A DNA stretch of 63,584 nt, the filler included, from Candidatus Babelota bacterium (GTDB lineage: Bacteria; JAGOBX01): the NCBI GenBank assembly GCA_017999075.1. It is 11 parts of 11 records of this genome, joined end to end, with 100 filler letters (N's around TTAATTAATTAA, not from the genome) between each part and the next. Parts side by side here need not be neighbours in the genome. Positions count along the whole stretch, not along the records: positions 57,994 to 63,584 come from JAGOBX010000269.1; 10 more parts are not named here. One strand, 5' to 3'. Below are positions 62,323 to 63,584 of the stretch, in pieces; the first letter of the stretch is position 1, and each line of letters begins with the position of its first letter. The notes under the pieces were generated by a model that saw only the letters and a program-made list of their open reading frames with translations, did not search any database and was not told the origin of the DNA. The position numbers and the translations under genes were made by a program.

Positions 62323-63441
62323 TCAAACTATCAGCCCTTTTTCCGCAAGTTCGTTTTGAGCCTGTTCAACCTTATCTTCGGCTCTTTGATTTTTAAGCCA
62401 TAAGCATAATTCTTTTAATCCTTCATCAAAAGTAACTGAAGGAAAAAAATTCAATTTTTCACGAATTTTAGATATGTCCGCAAAACAATGACGTACGTCT
62501 CCTATGCGATATTTATTAACCAGTTCAGGTTTAATATTTTTATTCAAAACACTTGCAAGTTTTAATGCGATGTCTTTAACGGCAATCGGATTTCCAGCTC
62601 CCACATTAAAATATTCAAAGTTAGCAGAATCCTTTTCCATTGCAAGCAAATTAGCGGAAGCTATATCTTTTACATTTATAAAATCACGAGTCTGCATTCC
62701 GTCTTCATAAATTATAGGCGCATTATTATTCAACAGTCTTGACGCAAATATAGCCACAACTCCAGTATATGGATTAGAAACTGATTGCCTCTGACCATAT
62801 ACATTAAAATATCTTAACGCCACAACAGGAATTTTATAAGCCCAGCCAATATTTAAACACATATCTTCCTGATCTTTTTTTGTAATTGCATAAATGGAAG
62901 CGCAATCCCGTGATTTTTCTTCAGTTGTTGGTAAAGGAGCAGCTTCATTTCCGCAAACAGGGCATAACATTTCAAACTTTTTCAGTTTCAGCTGTTCTTC
63001 AGTCCTGATTTTCGGAGAAATTTTTCCGCATTTCGCACAATTATATAATCCTTCTCCATAACTGCTCATTGAAGCTGCTACAATAAGTTTTTTAACTTTA
63101 TTTTTTTTATTAACCAGCAGGTCCAGTAAAACTGCTGTTCCTCTTGTATTGACATCGACATAATGTTCTATCTGGTACATGCTCTGGCCAACTCCAACTG
63201 CTGCAGCTTTATGAAATATTATTTCAGCGTCTTTCACAACTTCATATAATTTTTCTTTATTTCTTACATCGCCATACACAAATTTTGCCAATCTGTTAAA
63301 ATATTCCGGCAATTCTTTTTTTATCCCGTGCACTTGAGGATCAAGATTATCGTATACAGTTACATTATGTCCTTTTTCAATAAGCAAATCAACTATATGT
63401 GAACCTATAAAGCCTGCGCCGCCTGTAACTAAAACATTCAT
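62323..63441 (-). CDS. NAD-dependent nucleotide-sugar epimerase/dehydratase (extended SDR) with CxxC...CxxC insert
   Basis: GGAGFIGSH, AAVGVGQSMY, YAITK, LRYFNVYG, EDG.QTRDF, GDVRH. Confidence 0.9.
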   Translation of the reverse strand: MNVLVTGGAGFIGSHIVDLLIEKGHNVTVYDNLDPQVHGIKKELPEYFNRLAKFVYGDVRNKEKLYEVVKDAEIIFHKAAAVGVGQSMYQIEHYVDVNTRGTAVLLDLLVNKKNKVKKLIVAASMSSYGEGLYNCAKCGKISPKIRTEEQLKLKKFEMLCPVCGNEAAPLPTTEEKSRDCASIYAITKKDQEDMCLNIGWAYKIPVVALRYFNVYGQRQSVSNPYTGVVAIFASRLLNNNAPIIYEDGMQTRDFINVKDIASANLLAMEKDSANFEYFNVGAGNPIAVKDIALKLASVLNKNIKPELVNKYRIGDVRHCFADISKIREKLNFFPSVTFDEGLKELCLWLKNQRAEDKVEQAQNELAEKGLIV

Positions 63442-63584
63442 TTATACACTCTCCGAAAAAATAAATTATATAATGCATAAAACAATAAATAGTCAATCTG
63501 AAAATTATAAAATCAATAATTTAAAAACGCAATTATTTTTAAAATAGTTTTGACTTTAATTAAATTATTACTATAATATTGTTT

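Noticed and set aside
451-62710. Many 60-140 aa ORFs antisense to or out of frame within long genes (e.g. 8470-8823, 22120-22524, 35562-35930, 44634-44942)
   Set aside because: Shadow ORFs of well-supported genes, with no motifs or RBS.
1-63584. CRISPR arrays, tRNA/rRNA, transposases, phage genes, alternative genetic code
   Set aside because: None recognised by eye. Conserved genes are full length under code 11 and TGA acts as a stop.

Overview
This window is not one locus. It is 11 short, very AT-rich bacterial contigs joined by an artificial 100-bp spacer (44 N + TTAATTAATTAA + 44 N) and sorted by decreasing length (5769 to 5591 bp), as expected for a fragmented draft genome or MAG. Only neighbourhoods within a contig are meaningful. 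Gene content points to a flagellated, diderm, probably anaerobic bacterium: flgE, fliN, cheX, rnfCDG, TamB, a TonB-dependent receptor, beta-barrels, spoVG, uvrA, rarA, uup, dtd, rfbB/rfbD and many glycosyltransferases. I recognised no tRNA, rRNA, CRISPR array or IS element. Most notable observations: (1) a PKS-ACP / TRAM-less MiaB-RimO-like radical SAM / NRPS (C-A-PCP-C) cluster whose A domain has a diamino-acid-like code; (2) a SpoVG protein with an SSB-like disordered linker and acidic 'DEEIPF' tip; (3) an 871-aa FlgE-family protein with four inserted repeats, three with DxDGDG loops, behind a sigma28-type promoter; (4) tandem paralogous beta-barrel proteins, one fused to CBM48, next to a subtilisin with a T9SS-like C-terminal domain; (5) cobS-cbiR cobamide remodelling; (6) a secreted protein rich in D-S/T, a possible O-glycosylation sequon. 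All calls come from motif recognition by eye; no searches were run.
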